Positions 27,326-36,667 are shown, counted from the first letter of the stretch. The stretch is 45,153 nucleotides of DNA from Patescibacteria group bacterium (GCA_038062975.1 JBBTWC010000008.1:1-45153); one strand, 5' to 3'. Program-made: numbers and translations. The notes: generated from the sequence alone by a model not told the origin.

Positions 27326-28438
27326 TTAGTTCGACAGAGTAAGAAAGTACTCTCTCCAGCGAGAAACAGAATCTTTGAGGTTGTAGCGTCGCTCGATGCT
27401 TTCGGCGCCGTTTTGACCAAGGGTTTTGGCAAGTTGCTTGTCTGATACGAGGCGCTCGAGAGCATTAGCAAGACGCTGTGTATCTTTTACAGGACAGAGA
27501 AGGCCTGTTTTTTCATGAGTGACGAGTTCTTGGTTTTCCGGTATGTCAGTAGTAACAACAGGGAGTTTACTTGCCATAGCCTCCATAATAGCGTTACACA
27601 TTCCTTCAAAGAAGGTAGGGAGAGCGAATATATGAGAAAGAGCTAAGAGTTCTGAAACATCAGATCTTTGACCAAGAAAGAGAATAGCCTCTTTTGAAGC
27701 ATAGAGTTCAACTTGGTTTCGGAGAGCATCTTTTTCTTGCCCACCTCCAACGAGGAGGAGTTTCGTATCCGGATGTTTCTTGTAGAGTTGTTCAAAAGCC
27801 TCAAGAAGGTATCGATGTCCTTTATTGATATGAAGATTCGCGACACAGATAATAACGGTATCTGTTGCTTTGATTCCGAGTGAGTGTCTTAGTGTTTCAT
27901 TTGGTACAGTAGCTTGCAGAGATTCTATATCCATACCCGTTGGAACCACTGTCACTTTCTTTTCAGGCACTCCAAATTTTTCTACGTAGGTTTTTTTGAC
28001 CGATTCGGCATTTGCCATGTATCCTCGGCAGAAGTAGCGTGTAGATTTTTCGATGAAGCGGGCTATGCGGTACCGTGGGAAGTTATATGTGGTTGCTAAA
28101 GAAGAGATGACTTTGTACGGAGTGAAGATTTGGATAAAGAATCGACCGATAAGGTCAGGGAGGAGAAGGTGTGTGACGATTAAATCGGGATGAGTTGTTT
28201 TGAGAATCTTTCGAAGTCGTACATACGAAGCGATGTCCCAAGGATGCTTCTGGTTTACTTCAATGACTTTTATACCAGCACGTTCAAAATTCTCTGCCAA
28301 GGGACCTCTTCCTCGGAGTGTCACAAAAATACTCTCGAAAGTTTCGTTGAGAAGGGGAAGCATACGAAGAAGGGACATTTCGGCACCTCCTCGTTCTGCG
28401 GTATTAATGAGATGGAGAATCTTTTTCTTAGGCGCCAT
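27326..28438 (-). CDS. GT4 (GT-B fold) glycosyltransferase
   Basis: ILHLINTAERGGAE at the N-terminus and FALPTFFEGMCNAIMEAMASKLPVVTTD. I take the start at the internal ATG at 28438 (MAPKKKIL...), because the track ORF to 28510 runs 83 nt into the upstream gene. Confidence 0.85.
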   Translation of the reverse strand: MAPKKKILHLINTAERGGAEMSLLRMLPLLNETFESIFVTLRGRGPLAENFERAGIKVIEVNQKHPWDIASYVRLRKILKTTHPDLIVTHLLLPDLIGRFFIQIFTPYKVISSLATTYNFPRYRIARFIEKSTRYFCRGYMANAESVKKTYVEKFGVPEKKVTVVPTGMDIESLQATVPNETLRHSLGIKATDTVIICVANLHINKGHRYLLEAFEQLYKKHPDTKLLLVGGGQEKDALRNQVELYASKEAILFLGQRSDVSELLALSHIFALPTFFEGMCNAIMEAMASKLPVVTTDIPENQELVTHEKTGLLCPVKDTQRLANALERLVSDKQLAKTLGQNGAESIERRYNLKDSVSRWREYFLTLSN

Positions 28439-29522
28439 ATGTTCCAATGCAAGTAATACCAGCCTCTGGGTGCTCGAAAGCGTGGACATTTGAGAGGTTG
28501 GCATCAGCAAACCATTGCTCTATCTCTTCTTTGAAGTAGTAGTTACTTTTTGGTGTCGCGAGAACATCAAATGCATCGTTTAACTTCATATTGAAGGGAA
28601 AGTTTGCATAGTAGGAAAAAGGCACTTTGTCTGCAAGTTTTTTGAGGCCTACCGTTTTCAGAAGGACCGTGACCATGTTGATAAGGTGAATTGCAAAACC
28701 AGGGATGTAGCACAGTTTAAACAGGAGTGGTTTTGGAAGCTTCTTAAGGAGGCTTCTTAATGGTTCGTAGAAATACAAAGCGCGAGCATTATTTCGTCTA
28801 TTGTAAACCCAGATAAGCATATTTCCGCCTGAGACGAGCGTCGCCGGGAGGCGGGAGAATCCCTGCTTTGGTTTTGGGAGATGATGAAGCACTCCTATTG
28901 AATACGAGAGATCAAATACATTTTTAAATGGCATAGCATAAATATCTGCCTGCACGATACAGATATTGGGAATATCTTTTGTCATTTCGTAAGCCACTTC
29001 AACGCTCTCCCCAAGGTCGGTACCAAAGGAGACTTGCGTGCCTGAAAGCGCTGCCCATTTTGTGAATCGCCCAGAGCCACAACCTATGTCGAGCGTTTTC
29101 TTTCCCGCGAGATCTTTTTCTGTTACAAAAGGGCTCAAAAAGTGAAGAAAGTTCTGTTTTTCAAAATCATTCTCACGATAGATGTTTTTCCATTCGTACG
29201 AGAAACTTTCTGCTGTTTTTTTCTGATGTCGGAGAAAAGCATCAAAGTCGGGGATAGCTTCAATAGTCTTTTGCCATTCGTTTTGTATAGCCTCGGGTAG
29301 GCGATCTTTGTACTCTTTGAAAAATTCATGGCGTGACTGCAGGAGATTGTCTTTCAGCTCCCCGATAAGGATGCGCGGAATACCTCCGATTATCGGATAC
29401 CAGTTACTCTTGCTTGTAAGGAGGCCCGAAATAACGTGTCCTGAGTTTTCTTCAAAGGAGGTTATTTCAAAGGAGGACGAGTCAATCGGGTCAGACAGAT
29501 AATCGAGTAATTCTGTACGCAT
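28428..29522 (-). CDS. Class I SAM-dependent methyltransferase with N-terminal Trm112-like segment
   Basis: LLDYLSDPIDSSSFE...NWYPIIGGIPRIL resembles a Trm112-type mini-domain. It is followed by motif I TLDIGCGSGRFT and a long C-terminal extension. Confidence 0.8.
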   Translation of the reverse strand: MRTELLDYLSDPIDSSSFEITSFEENSGHVISGLLTSKSNWYPIIGGIPRILIGELKDNLLQSRHEFFKEYKDRLPEAIQNEWQKTIEAIPDFDAFLRHQKKTAESFSYEWKNIYRENDFEKQNFLHFLSPFVTEKDLAGKKTLDIGCGSGRFTKWAALSGTQVSFGTDLGESVEVAYEMTKDIPNICIVQADIYAMPFKNVFDLSYSIGVLHHLPKPKQGFSRLPATLVSGGNMLIWVYNRRNNARALYFYEPLRSLLKKLPKPLLFKLCYIPGFAIHLINMVTVLLKTVGLKKLADKVPFSYYANFPFNMKLNDAFDVLATPKSNYYFKEEIEQWFADANLSNVHAFEHPEAGITCIGTYGA

Positions 29523-29558
29523 AATGGGTAAAAAGGGATTATTCTCTCCATTATACTG

Positions 29559-31448
29559 TTAATCGAAGTATTCTTCAAACCAAAGCTCGAGTGTCAAAAG
29601 AGCCCAAATGCGAGGGGCGTGATTGATATGTGTCGTAAGGTGTTCTTCCAAGAGGCGTTGAAGAGAGGCCTTTTGAAAGAGTCCTCGAGAGAGCGCCTTC
29701 TCTGAAAGGAGTTTTTCTGCTACGTATGTTTTGAGTTCTCCTCGGAACCATTCTGCAATCGGCACGCCAAAACCCATTTTTGGCCGATACAGGATTTCTT
29801 TTGGAAGGATACCTTCAAGGGATTTTTTGAGAATGTACTTTTTATTATTGAGTCCCCGGATCTTTTTAGAAAAAGGGATGCGAGCGGTAAGTTCGAGAAA
29901 CTCATGGTCGAGAAAAGGGGAGCGTCCTTCGAGAGCTACTGCCATACTGGCAATATCAACCTTTACCAGGAGATCATCTGGAAGGTAGGTTGCAAAATCT
30001 GCATACACAGCTTGTTCGGTCTTATTTTTGGCCCCTGACTCGGTAAAGCGTGCTGCTATGAGGTCGTCTGTATTTTCGCTGCTTACCTTTTCTCGGAAGC
30101 TGTCAGTGTAGAGAGCTTTTTTTTGTTCATCGGTAAAATAGGAGGTGTAAGTCATATAACGCTTTCGATAATCCTGGGAAAGCGTTCGGGAGAATCTTGA
30201 GGCTCGTTCGAAGAGATCTGTTTGTATTTTTGAGGCAAGAAAGGCGGTGAGTGGCTGCAGAATGATCCGATTAAGGGTATCAAACCCTTCAAGCCAGGTA
30301 GAAATACGAAACGCGCTATAACGACTGTAGCCAGCGAAGTTTTCGTCTCCACCGTCACCATTTAAGGCGACTGTGACGTGGCTTCTGGTGAGTTTGCTTA
30401 CGTAGTAGGTAGGGAGAGCGCTGGAATCAGCAAACGGTTCTTCGTAGTGACGAACCAAAAGAGGGAGGACTTCGATAGCCTTAGGCTCGACAATGAATTC
30501 TGTGTGATCTGTTTTGAACTTCTCTGCGATCATTTTTGCATACTTCAACTCATTCCACTTTTCTTCCTTAAATCCGATAGAAAAAGTTTTTACAGGTGTA
30601 TCGGTATGCTTACTCATGAAGGCAACAATAGCGCTTGAATCGACTCCACCAGAAAGAAAAGCGCCTAGAGGAACGTCTGAAATCATACGGAGCTTTACGG
30701 ACTCTTCTAGCTTTTCGCGAATCAATTTCCCCCACTGCTTATCGGAAAGAGTGTCTTTTTTTGAGTAATCAAGCTTCCAATAGCATTTTTTTTCGACAGC
30801 CTTTGTTTTGAGATCGATGAAAAGATAGTGTGCTGGCTCGAGTTTCTGTATATTTTTGAACCCGGTCAGTGGCGCCGGACAATACTGCAAAGTAAGGTAG
30901 TGGTGGATAGCAGTGTAATCTGGTTCTTTTGTGTATTCAGGCTGAGTCAAGATAGCCTTGAGCTCAGAAGCAAAAAGAAAGACGTTGTCGTCTAAGTAGT
31001 ATTTAAATGGTTTTTTTCCAGCGCGGTCTCTGGCACAAAAAAGTGTTCCTTCTACGGAGTCGTAGAGAGCGAAAGCGAACATACCTCGCAGATGAGCGAG
31101 GCATTCTTTTCCATATTTGGCGTAGAGAGCGAGGATGACCTCCGTGTCGGACTGTGAATGGAAAACATAACCCTCTTTGAGGAGTGCTTCTCGCTTCTCT
31201 TGAAAATTATAGATTTCTCCGTTAAAAACGATAAAATACCGATCAAGATATGATTTCGGCTGATGTCCTCCAGGTGAGAGGTCTATAATAGCGAGGCGCT
31301 GATGTCCGAATCCTACGGTCTCGTCTTCTGAAATATAGATTCCTCTATCATCTGGTCCGCGATGCTGTATGGCTTCACTCATTTCAGAAATAGCCTGCTC
31401 GCTAACCTTCTGTGAAGTAAATGAAGCTTTGCCTACTATGCCACACAT
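29559..31448 (-). CDS. asnB: Asparagine synthase (glutamine-hydrolysing) family amidotransferase
   Basis: N-terminal MCGI nucleophile Cys2, a GATase-2 domain and the PP-loop SGGVDSS. 629 aa. Its position inside a glycan cluster suggests a sugar or acid amidation role. Confidence 0.9.
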   Translation of the reverse strand: MCGIVGKASFTSQKVSEQAISEMSEAIQHRGPDDRGIYISEDETVGFGHQRLAIIDLSPGGHQPKSYLDRYFIVFNGEIYNFQEKREALLKEGYVFHSQSDTEVILALYAKYGKECLAHLRGMFAFALYDSVEGTLFCARDRAGKKPFKYYLDDNVFLFASELKAILTQPEYTKEPDYTAIHHYLTLQYCPAPLTGFKNIQKLEPAHYLFIDLKTKAVEKKCYWKLDYSKKDTLSDKQWGKLIREKLEESVKLRMISDVPLGAFLSGGVDSSAIVAFMSKHTDTPVKTFSIGFKEEKWNELKYAKMIAEKFKTDHTEFIVEPKAIEVLPLLVRHYEEPFADSSALPTYYVSKLTRSHVTVALNGDGGDENFAGYSRYSAFRISTWLEGFDTLNRIILQPLTAFLASKIQTDLFERASRFSRTLSQDYRKRYMTYTSYFTDEQKKALYTDSFREKVSSENTDDLIAARFTESGAKNKTEQAVYADFATYLPDDLLVKVDIASMAVALEGRSPFLDHEFLELTARIPFSKKIRGLNNKKYILKKSLEGILPKEILYRPKMGFGVPIAEWFRGELKTYVAEKLLSEKALSRGLFQKASLQRLLEEHLTTHINHAPRIWALLTLELWFEEYFD

Positions 31449-31452
31449 ATCT

Positions 31453-32607
31453 TTATACGTTTTTGCTGTTGAAAATCTTCAGGTATTCTTCTGCCGTTTT
31501 TTCCCAGTCAAACCTATCTTTTACCGCTTCAAAGGCTTTTGCGCCAGAGGTGATCCGCACATTGGAATCAGAGGCAAAAAGGGAAAGCTTTTCCGTGAGT
31601 TGAGGGATGTTTTTTGGTTCGACTAAGAAACCATCACCATCACCATTTATAATTTCTTTGGTTCCTCCGACAATCGTTGCAATAATAGCTTTTTGGCAAA
31701 ATGCTGCTTCGATAACAGAGGTAGGTATGCCCTCAGTATAGCTTGGGTTTACAAAAATATCGAATGCTTTCAAAAGGGACATAGCTTCCCGAAAACTCTT
31801 GTGTCCGAAAAAGTATACTGAAGTTTCTATTTGTAGTTTTTCTGCGAGTTTTTCAAGAGAGGCTTTCTCTGGTCCGTCGCCTACAATGACACAGACACAG
31901 TCATTTCTTTTGAGGGCGGCAAAAGCATACAAGAGATCGGAAACGCCTTTCCCGCTGATAAGTCTTCCGACAAAACCAATAATAATTTTCCCCTTTGTCA
32001 TGGTTCGAAGTGCTTCATCTGGTTTTAGGAGTATCAAATCTTTACTTTCTACGCCTCGATATATAACCTGACACGAACTGTTTTTTGCGAGTCGATGCAC
32101 AAAGTTACACGAAGCCTGGGAGTTTGCGATGAGGGTATCTGCGTGTTGAAGAATAAACTTTCCAAAGGTACGGTCGTAGAATTCGCCTATTTTTGTGACG
32201 GTCTTACTTTTGAATTGGGCGAAATCAGAGCCGTGTTCAATATGAACCCAGCGAAGCTTCTTTTTTCGGGCGAAGGAACCTGCCATGAGTGACGGAAAGA
32301 AGAAGCGCGTCCGGGATATCACAAGATCGTATTCTTTTTCGGAAAGGAGTTTGTGCCATATTTCCCAAAACTCTTTTTTCCAAAACTTTGGAACAGGGTA
32401 GTTATGAATAAGTTCGAAAGCAGGGAAGCGGATTACGGAGACTCCTCCATATAGCATCTCGCTTTTTGGAGATGTTTCTGGTAAATGTGGCGTAAAAACA
32501 GTTATAGAACCACCTTTCTTTGAGAGGTGTTTGTTAAATTCGTCACTGTGACTTTCGAGTCCTCCAATGTGTGGGGGGTAATACGGTGAAAAAACAAGTA
32601 TTTTCAT
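31453..32607 (-). CDS. GT4 (GT-B fold) glycosyltransferase
   Basis: KILVFSPYYPPHIGGLE at the N-terminus and FVNPSYTEGIPTSVIEAAFCQKAIIAT. Confidence 0.85.
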   Translation of the reverse strand: MKILVFSPYYPPHIGGLESHSDEFNKHLSKKGGSITVFTPHLPETSPKSEMLYGGVSVIRFPAFELIHNYPVPKFWKKEFWEIWHKLLSEKEYDLVISRTRFFFPSLMAGSFARKKKLRWVHIEHGSDFAQFKSKTVTKIGEFYDRTFGKFILQHADTLIANSQASCNFVHRLAKNSSCQVIYRGVESKDLILLKPDEALRTMTKGKIIIGFVGRLISGKGVSDLLYAFAALKRNDCVCVIVGDGPEKASLEKLAEKLQIETSVYFFGHKSFREAMSLLKAFDIFVNPSYTEGIPTSVIEAAFCQKAIIATIVGGTKEIINGDGDGFLVEPKNIPQLTEKLSLFASDSNVRITSGAKAFEAVKDRFDWEKTAEEYLKIFNSKNV

Positions 32608-32610
32608 AAG

Positions 32611-34806
32611 CTATCTTTTAAGAACTTCCCAGATAACAACCTCGTCTTCTGGGAGTGTGTAGACTCGTTGAAAGCGGTCAGGATACTGATCGAATACAAG
32701 CGTTGCGACACCATTCGCGTCTTCTGTCTGAAAATATGGACGGTTTGCGTATGGATTGAGTTCGCTTGGTTTTGCGTAGTAAATGTAGACAGATTTTTCA
32801 TTTAAAGATGTGGTAGTAATGTAGGATCGGAAAGTATTTTCAAGTTGGATAATTTGTTCATGAAGAATATCAAGCTGAGTAATGGCAGAGTCGACATTTG
32901 ATTCGAGATTTGTTTTTTTGAGCCCTTGGATATTTTGAGAAATAGAGGTAACGAGTTCGCTCTGGTCTTTCTCAAATCCCTCAATCGTTTTTGGATGCAC
33001 AGGAGAGATTTTGTTGAAGATGTGTATGTCACTATAAAAATACGGATTGGTTATATCAACGGCCTCAGTATGCGCGTATACCTTGAGGATGGTCCAGTGA
33101 CCATGAGAAAGAAGTACTTTTTGTTCAGGAAGATGTTTTTTGATCCAGAGAGTAGATTCTACTTGGGCGGGAGTAACGAGATATTTCTTGAGTGAATTTA
33201 TGTAGAGTGCAGCCCCCGTATTGGCTAGGAATGCGACGAGAAGCAGGAGAGAGAATAGAGTTGTTTTTTTGGGTTGGTATTTGATGAGCGTTATGAGAAA
33301 TATGAGGAGGGTGATTCCTGCGAAGCCCCAGGCTCTTTCGGGAAGGAGGGCTATATTGAGAAATCTTGGAAGAAGCTCGGCAATAGCGAAGAAGAGCAGA
33401 AAAAGGCTTCCGAGGACGCAGATTTCTTTTTGATTCCGATTTTCTCTCCACCAAGTATTCCGAGATCGCGCATAAGCAAGAAATGCTATGAGGGCGATGA
33501 GTGCCAGAATGATGACCGGTCCAACGTAGAAAGCGTAGTATTTGAGTACACCCATCCAGTTGCCCCAACCGACAGCTCGTCCATCTATGTTGATGAAGCG
33601 AATAGGAAAGGTGAAGTTGGTGTCTAGGGTTACTATGCGTTCAATGATGCGCTTCATCCAATTCAGAAAGAAGCCGTAGAGATTAACGAGTACGGGGAGA
33701 TTATAGAAAAGAATAATAACGAAGAGAATGCCGGCGAACCAGTGTTCCGAGATTTTCTTCAGAAGGATACGGTGATAAGAGAGGAGCGTTACTGTGATCC
33801 AGGGAAGAAAGAAAATAGCAGCAATTTCATGGTAGGAGTAGGCAAGGAAGATGGTAACTCCTGATAAAAAATAAAAGAAGTCTTTTTTTACAAGCCAGGC
33901 GTACGTAATGAAAAAGAGAAAGAAAATGATACATGTATTAATGAGCGCTTGAGGGATAGAAGAAAGAGAATAAAGAATAAGTGAAGGGCTTGAAAGAGGA
34001 ATAAGAAACACAATGGATTGCTGGAGCCTGTTCGATAGGGTGCGTGCAACAAGGGCTGCTGGTATGAGAGCGAGTATGCTCAAGATTGGCAGAATATATT
34101 TAAAGAAGGCGTAGAAATCAATTCCAGCGGTATTTTGAAAGATGTAGGCAAACGATGAAAAAAGAGGGCGGTGCATTTGAATCGGCGTCAAAGAGCCACT
34201 GTTCATTTCTGGTTGAAGTTTGACGAGCCAATAGTAAGGATCGCTATCTGGAAGTGGGTAGTATGCGCTTACTACCAGGAAAATAAGTGCTGCATAGAGA
34301 ATGAAGGCGCCGAGAAGAGGGAGGAGGATATTGGTCTTCAGAAAGTTTTTGTACGAAATATTTTCTAAAGAAAAAGGAGCAAGTATTATGGCGAATAGAA
34401 AGATGAACAGAGTATTCAGCAGGGGCAGTTCTGTAAAAATATTTCCTACGAGAGAGTATTCGAGAGTAAGAAGAAGCGGGGGAAGAAGAAGCGAAAGGAT
34501 AGTAGCTATACTGAGTCTTTCCAGAAAATCAAATTTCTGTTTGGAGAGCTTCTCGAGAATGCTTGTAGCGTTTATACCGAAAAGAGGGAGTGCAACAAAG
34601 AGGATGAGAAGCGAAAATCCGAATTGAATGCTAGGGATAGAGAGAAAAGTTTCCGGCAAAAAAGAAAGAATACAGTATATTCCAAAAGGGATGCTATTTA
34701 ACCAAAATAATAAACCAAACCTTCCTGTCTTATTTTCCATCTTCTTGGATCCCATCGAGGGTTTTTTTTCTTGTGAGGACAGTGAGTTGTTGTTCCAGGC
34801 GCTCAA
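32611..34806 (-). CDS. Large polytopic membrane protein with ~180-aa C-terminal extracytoplasmic domain (GT-C-like transferase or polymerase candidate)
   Basis: About 14 hydrophobic helices, then a soluble tail with a heptad-like stretch (QSELVTSISQNIQGLKKTNLESNVDSAITQLDILHEQIIQLEN). The likely true start is an internal ATG at 34755 or 34740, because the longest ORF overlaps the upstream gene by 77 nt. Confidence 0.55.
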   Translation of the reverse strand: MSAWNNNSLSSQEKKPSMGSKKMENKTGRFGLLFWLNSIPFGIYCILSFLPETFLSIPSIQFGFSLLILFVALPLFGINATSILEKLSKQKFDFLERLSIATILSLLLPPLLLTLEYSLVGNIFTELPLLNTLFIFLFAIILAPFSLENISYKNFLKTNILLPLLGAFILYAALIFLVVSAYYPLPDSDPYYWLVKLQPEMNSGSLTPIQMHRPLFSSFAYIFQNTAGIDFYAFFKYILPILSILALIPAALVARTLSNRLQQSIVFLIPLSSPSLILYSLSSIPQALINTCIIFFLFFITYAWLVKKDFFYFLSGVTIFLAYSYHEIAAIFFLPWITVTLLSYHRILLKKISEHWFAGILFVIILFYNLPVLVNLYGFFLNWMKRIIERIVTLDTNFTFPIRFINIDGRAVGWGNWMGVLKYYAFYVGPVIILALIALIAFLAYARSRNTWWRENRNQKEICVLGSLFLLFFAIAELLPRFLNIALLPERAWGFAGITLLIFLITLIKYQPKKTTLFSLLLLVAFLANTGAALYINSLKKYLVTPAQVESTLWIKKHLPEQKVLLSHGHWTILKVYAHTEAVDITNPYFYSDIHIFNKISPVHPKTIEGFEKDQSELVTSISQNIQGLKKTNLESNVDSAITQLDILHEQIIQLENTFRSYITTTSLNEKSVYIYYAKPSELNPYANRPYFQTEDANGVATLVFDQYPDRFQRVYTLPEDEVVIWEVLKR

Positions 34807-35080
34807 TAGCAGAAAGGAGCTTGAAAACCATAAGGAAGAGCAGAAGGAACCCAGCGAGTATAACAGCGTTTATATTATCTTCGATACCGATAATATCGGC
34901 TACGAAATTTGTAACCTTTGGAAAGGCAACCACTATTGCCATGCCACCCCAGACTATGATTCGGACAGCGAGTTTCAACAAGGTCTGGCCACTCAGCTCC
35001 GAACGAAACTTTCGAATGCCTTGAATAATCATGGCGACCGCTAATACGATAATAACAATTTGATAGAGTGCGAGAGTCAT
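34730..35080 (-). CDS. DUF2304-family small membrane protein
   Basis: 116 aa with three or four TM helices and a C-terminal amphipathic tail (LSAIERLEQQLTVLTRK). It lies immediately downstream of a GT2, the usual context for this family. Confidence 0.7.
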   Translation of the reverse strand: MTLALYQIVIIVLAVAMIIQGIRKFRSELSGQTLLKLAVRIIVWGGMAIVVAFPKVTNFVADIIGIEDNINAVILAGFLLLFLMVFKLLSAIERLEQQLTVLTRKKTLDGIQEDGK

Positions 35081-35090
35081 AAGTAAAAAA

Positions 35091-35786
35091 TTAAGAAATT
35101 ATGCTCCAGATTATCTTATAGAGGGTCTTTATACCGTTTACAACGTTTTGTTTGTGTACTTTTCCCATTGAGTATTCAGTATAGCGCACTTCAATAGGGA
35201 CCTCTGTGAAGCTGAGCTTATGAGTATGTATTTCCCGTATAACCTCGCTATCATATTCGTAGCGGTCGGTTTTCGTATCGATACAGTCTGCGGCTTTTCG
35301 GGAATAAGCCCGAAAACCTGACTGACTGTCTGATACCCATAAACCATAGAAATACCAGGTAAAGGCGTTTCCAATATAGTTTGCAATAATTTTATACCAA
35401 GGCATTCCCTTTGGATGAAGAAGTCTCGTACCAAGGACAACATCTACCGCTCCTTCTTGTATGGGACGTATAAGGTTTTCTATATCTTTTGGATTATGTT
35501 GTCCATCTCCATCCAGAGTGACGATAATATCGGCCCCGAGAATTTTTGCTGCTTCGATACCTGTTTTTGTAGCTGCTCCCTTACCACGGTTTAACGGGTG
35601 GCGGAAGACTTTTACTCCAGACACCTTTCTTGCTTGAGCTGCTGTATCATCAGCGCTCCCATCATCCACGACAATAATATTTCGGTATCCGGCGGACTGG
35701 ATCTCGCCGAGAACCTCTCTGATTACCTTTCCTTCGTTATAGGCTGCAATAATGATCCACATACGTTTATGTATTGAGAATGTCAT
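35091..35786 (-). CDS. GT2 glycosyltransferase, polyprenyl-phosphate sugar synthase-like catalytic domain
   Basis: IIIAAYNEGKVI, VVDDGSADDT and TLDGDGQHNPKDI. An alternative ATG at 35762 (MWIII...) is possible. Confidence 0.9.
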   Translation of the reverse strand: MTFSIHKRMWIIIAAYNEGKVIREVLGEIQSAGYRNIIVVDDGSADDTAAQARKVSGVKVFRHPLNRGKGAATKTGIEAAKILGADIIVTLDGDGQHNPKDIENLIRPIQEGAVDVVLGTRLLHPKGMPWYKIIANYIGNAFTWYFYGLWVSDSQSGFRAYSRKAADCIDTKTDRYEYDSEVIREIHTHKLSFTEVPIEVRYTEYSMGKVHKQNVVNGIKTLYKIIWSIIS

Positions 35787-36516
35787 ATTTTCCAGAAAAA
35801 TCGTTCATACGTATCTTGAGGAGCGAAAAAAACATATTCAATGAATCCTGGAAGGGCTTTACGTTTGTCGCGCGCAAGTCTTTTTTGATGTGAACAGGTA
35901 AAACAGAAACCCTCATATTATCTTTTCGTGCCAGAAAGAGTATCTCTGCATCAAAGGCGAATCGACTTACGGTAAGAAGGGGGAAGATTCTTAATGCGGC
36001 AGTGCGTCGAAAGAGTTTGAATCCGCATTGAGTGTCTGAGAATTCAAAATTTCCCAAAATGAGTATTTGGAGAATATAAAAGCTTCTGGCGAGGAGTGTC
36101 CGGTACCATTTTGTCGGTTCTTCAAACTTTGATCCAGATGCGAGGCGCGATGCAATAACGATATCCGAAGCGTCAAGGGCAGAGAAAAAGGCAGATACTT
36201 CTTCTATGGGAATAGTAAGATCAGCATCAATAAAGAGTACAGATTCATATTTTGAGGCGAGGACACCTTGTTTTACAGCGAACCCTTTTCCGTGATTCTG
36301 TTTTAAGCATATGAGAACCAAGGGAATCTCAGGTTGAGCATTTCCAAATTCACGCACTTTTTCTTCTGTGGTATCTGGACTGCCGTCGATAACGACTATA
36401 ATTTCGAATCTTTCGAAATGTTGTTTGAGGTATCTATAAAGGACAAGCAGTGTCGTTTGTATGACATCGGCTTCTTTATAGCAGGGAACAATGACTGAAA
36501 TTTCTGGTTTAAGCAT
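35767..36516 (-). CDS. GT2 glycosyltransferase, dolichyl/polyprenyl-phosphate beta-glucosyltransferase-like
   Basis: ISVIVPCYKEADVI, VVIDGSPDTT and FIDADLTIPIEEV. Confidence 0.9.
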   Translation of the reverse strand: MLKPEISVIVPCYKEADVIQTTLLVLYRYLKQHFERFEIIVVIDGSPDTTEEKVREFGNAQPEIPLVLICLKQNHGKGFAVKQGVLASKYESVLFIDADLTIPIEEVSAFFSALDASDIVIASRLASGSKFEEPTKWYRTLLARSFYILQILILGNFEFSDTQCGFKLFRRTAALRIFPLLTVSRFAFDAEILFLARKDNMRVSVLPVHIKKDLRATNVKPFQDSLNMFFSLLKIRMNDFSGKYDILNT

Positions 36517-36596
36517 AGAGAAGGTATTGAAAGAAAGGTTTTTTCGAAAGCACCTCTGCCTTGGCCATTCATTCTCCTTTGGTAAATCTTCAGGCT

Positions 36597-36625
36597 AGTA
36601 TACCAGGAAAATCAAGGCTTTTCAA
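36597..36625 (-). promoter_or_regulatory. Candidate promoter for the minus-strand operon starting at 36516
   Basis: On the minus strand: TTGAAA, a 17-nt spacer, then TATACT, with TG immediately upstream of the -10 (TGGTATACT). Confidence 0.4.
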
Positions 36626-36638
36626 AGCCCTGAAAGTA

Positions 36639-36667
36639 TTGTCGAAATCAATAGAAAAGGGTACTAT
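36639..36667 (+). promoter_or_regulatory. Candidate promoter for the plus-strand operon starting at 36689
   Basis: TTGTCG, a 17-nt spacer, then TACTAT, about 22 nt before the GTG at 36689. Confidence 0.3.

Noticed and set aside
28439-28510. Longer start for the GT4 gene (track ORF to 28510)
   Set aside because: It would overlap the upstream methyltransferase by 83 nt. The internal ATG gives MAPKKKILHLIN..., a typical GT4 N-terminus, with only an 11-nt overlap.
33125-33568. 147-aa same-strand, alternative-frame ORF inside the 731-aa membrane protein gene
   Set aside because: The translation is Ser/Arg/Pro-rich with no start context or motifs. The main frame encodes continuous TM helices, so there is no evidence for an overlapping gene.
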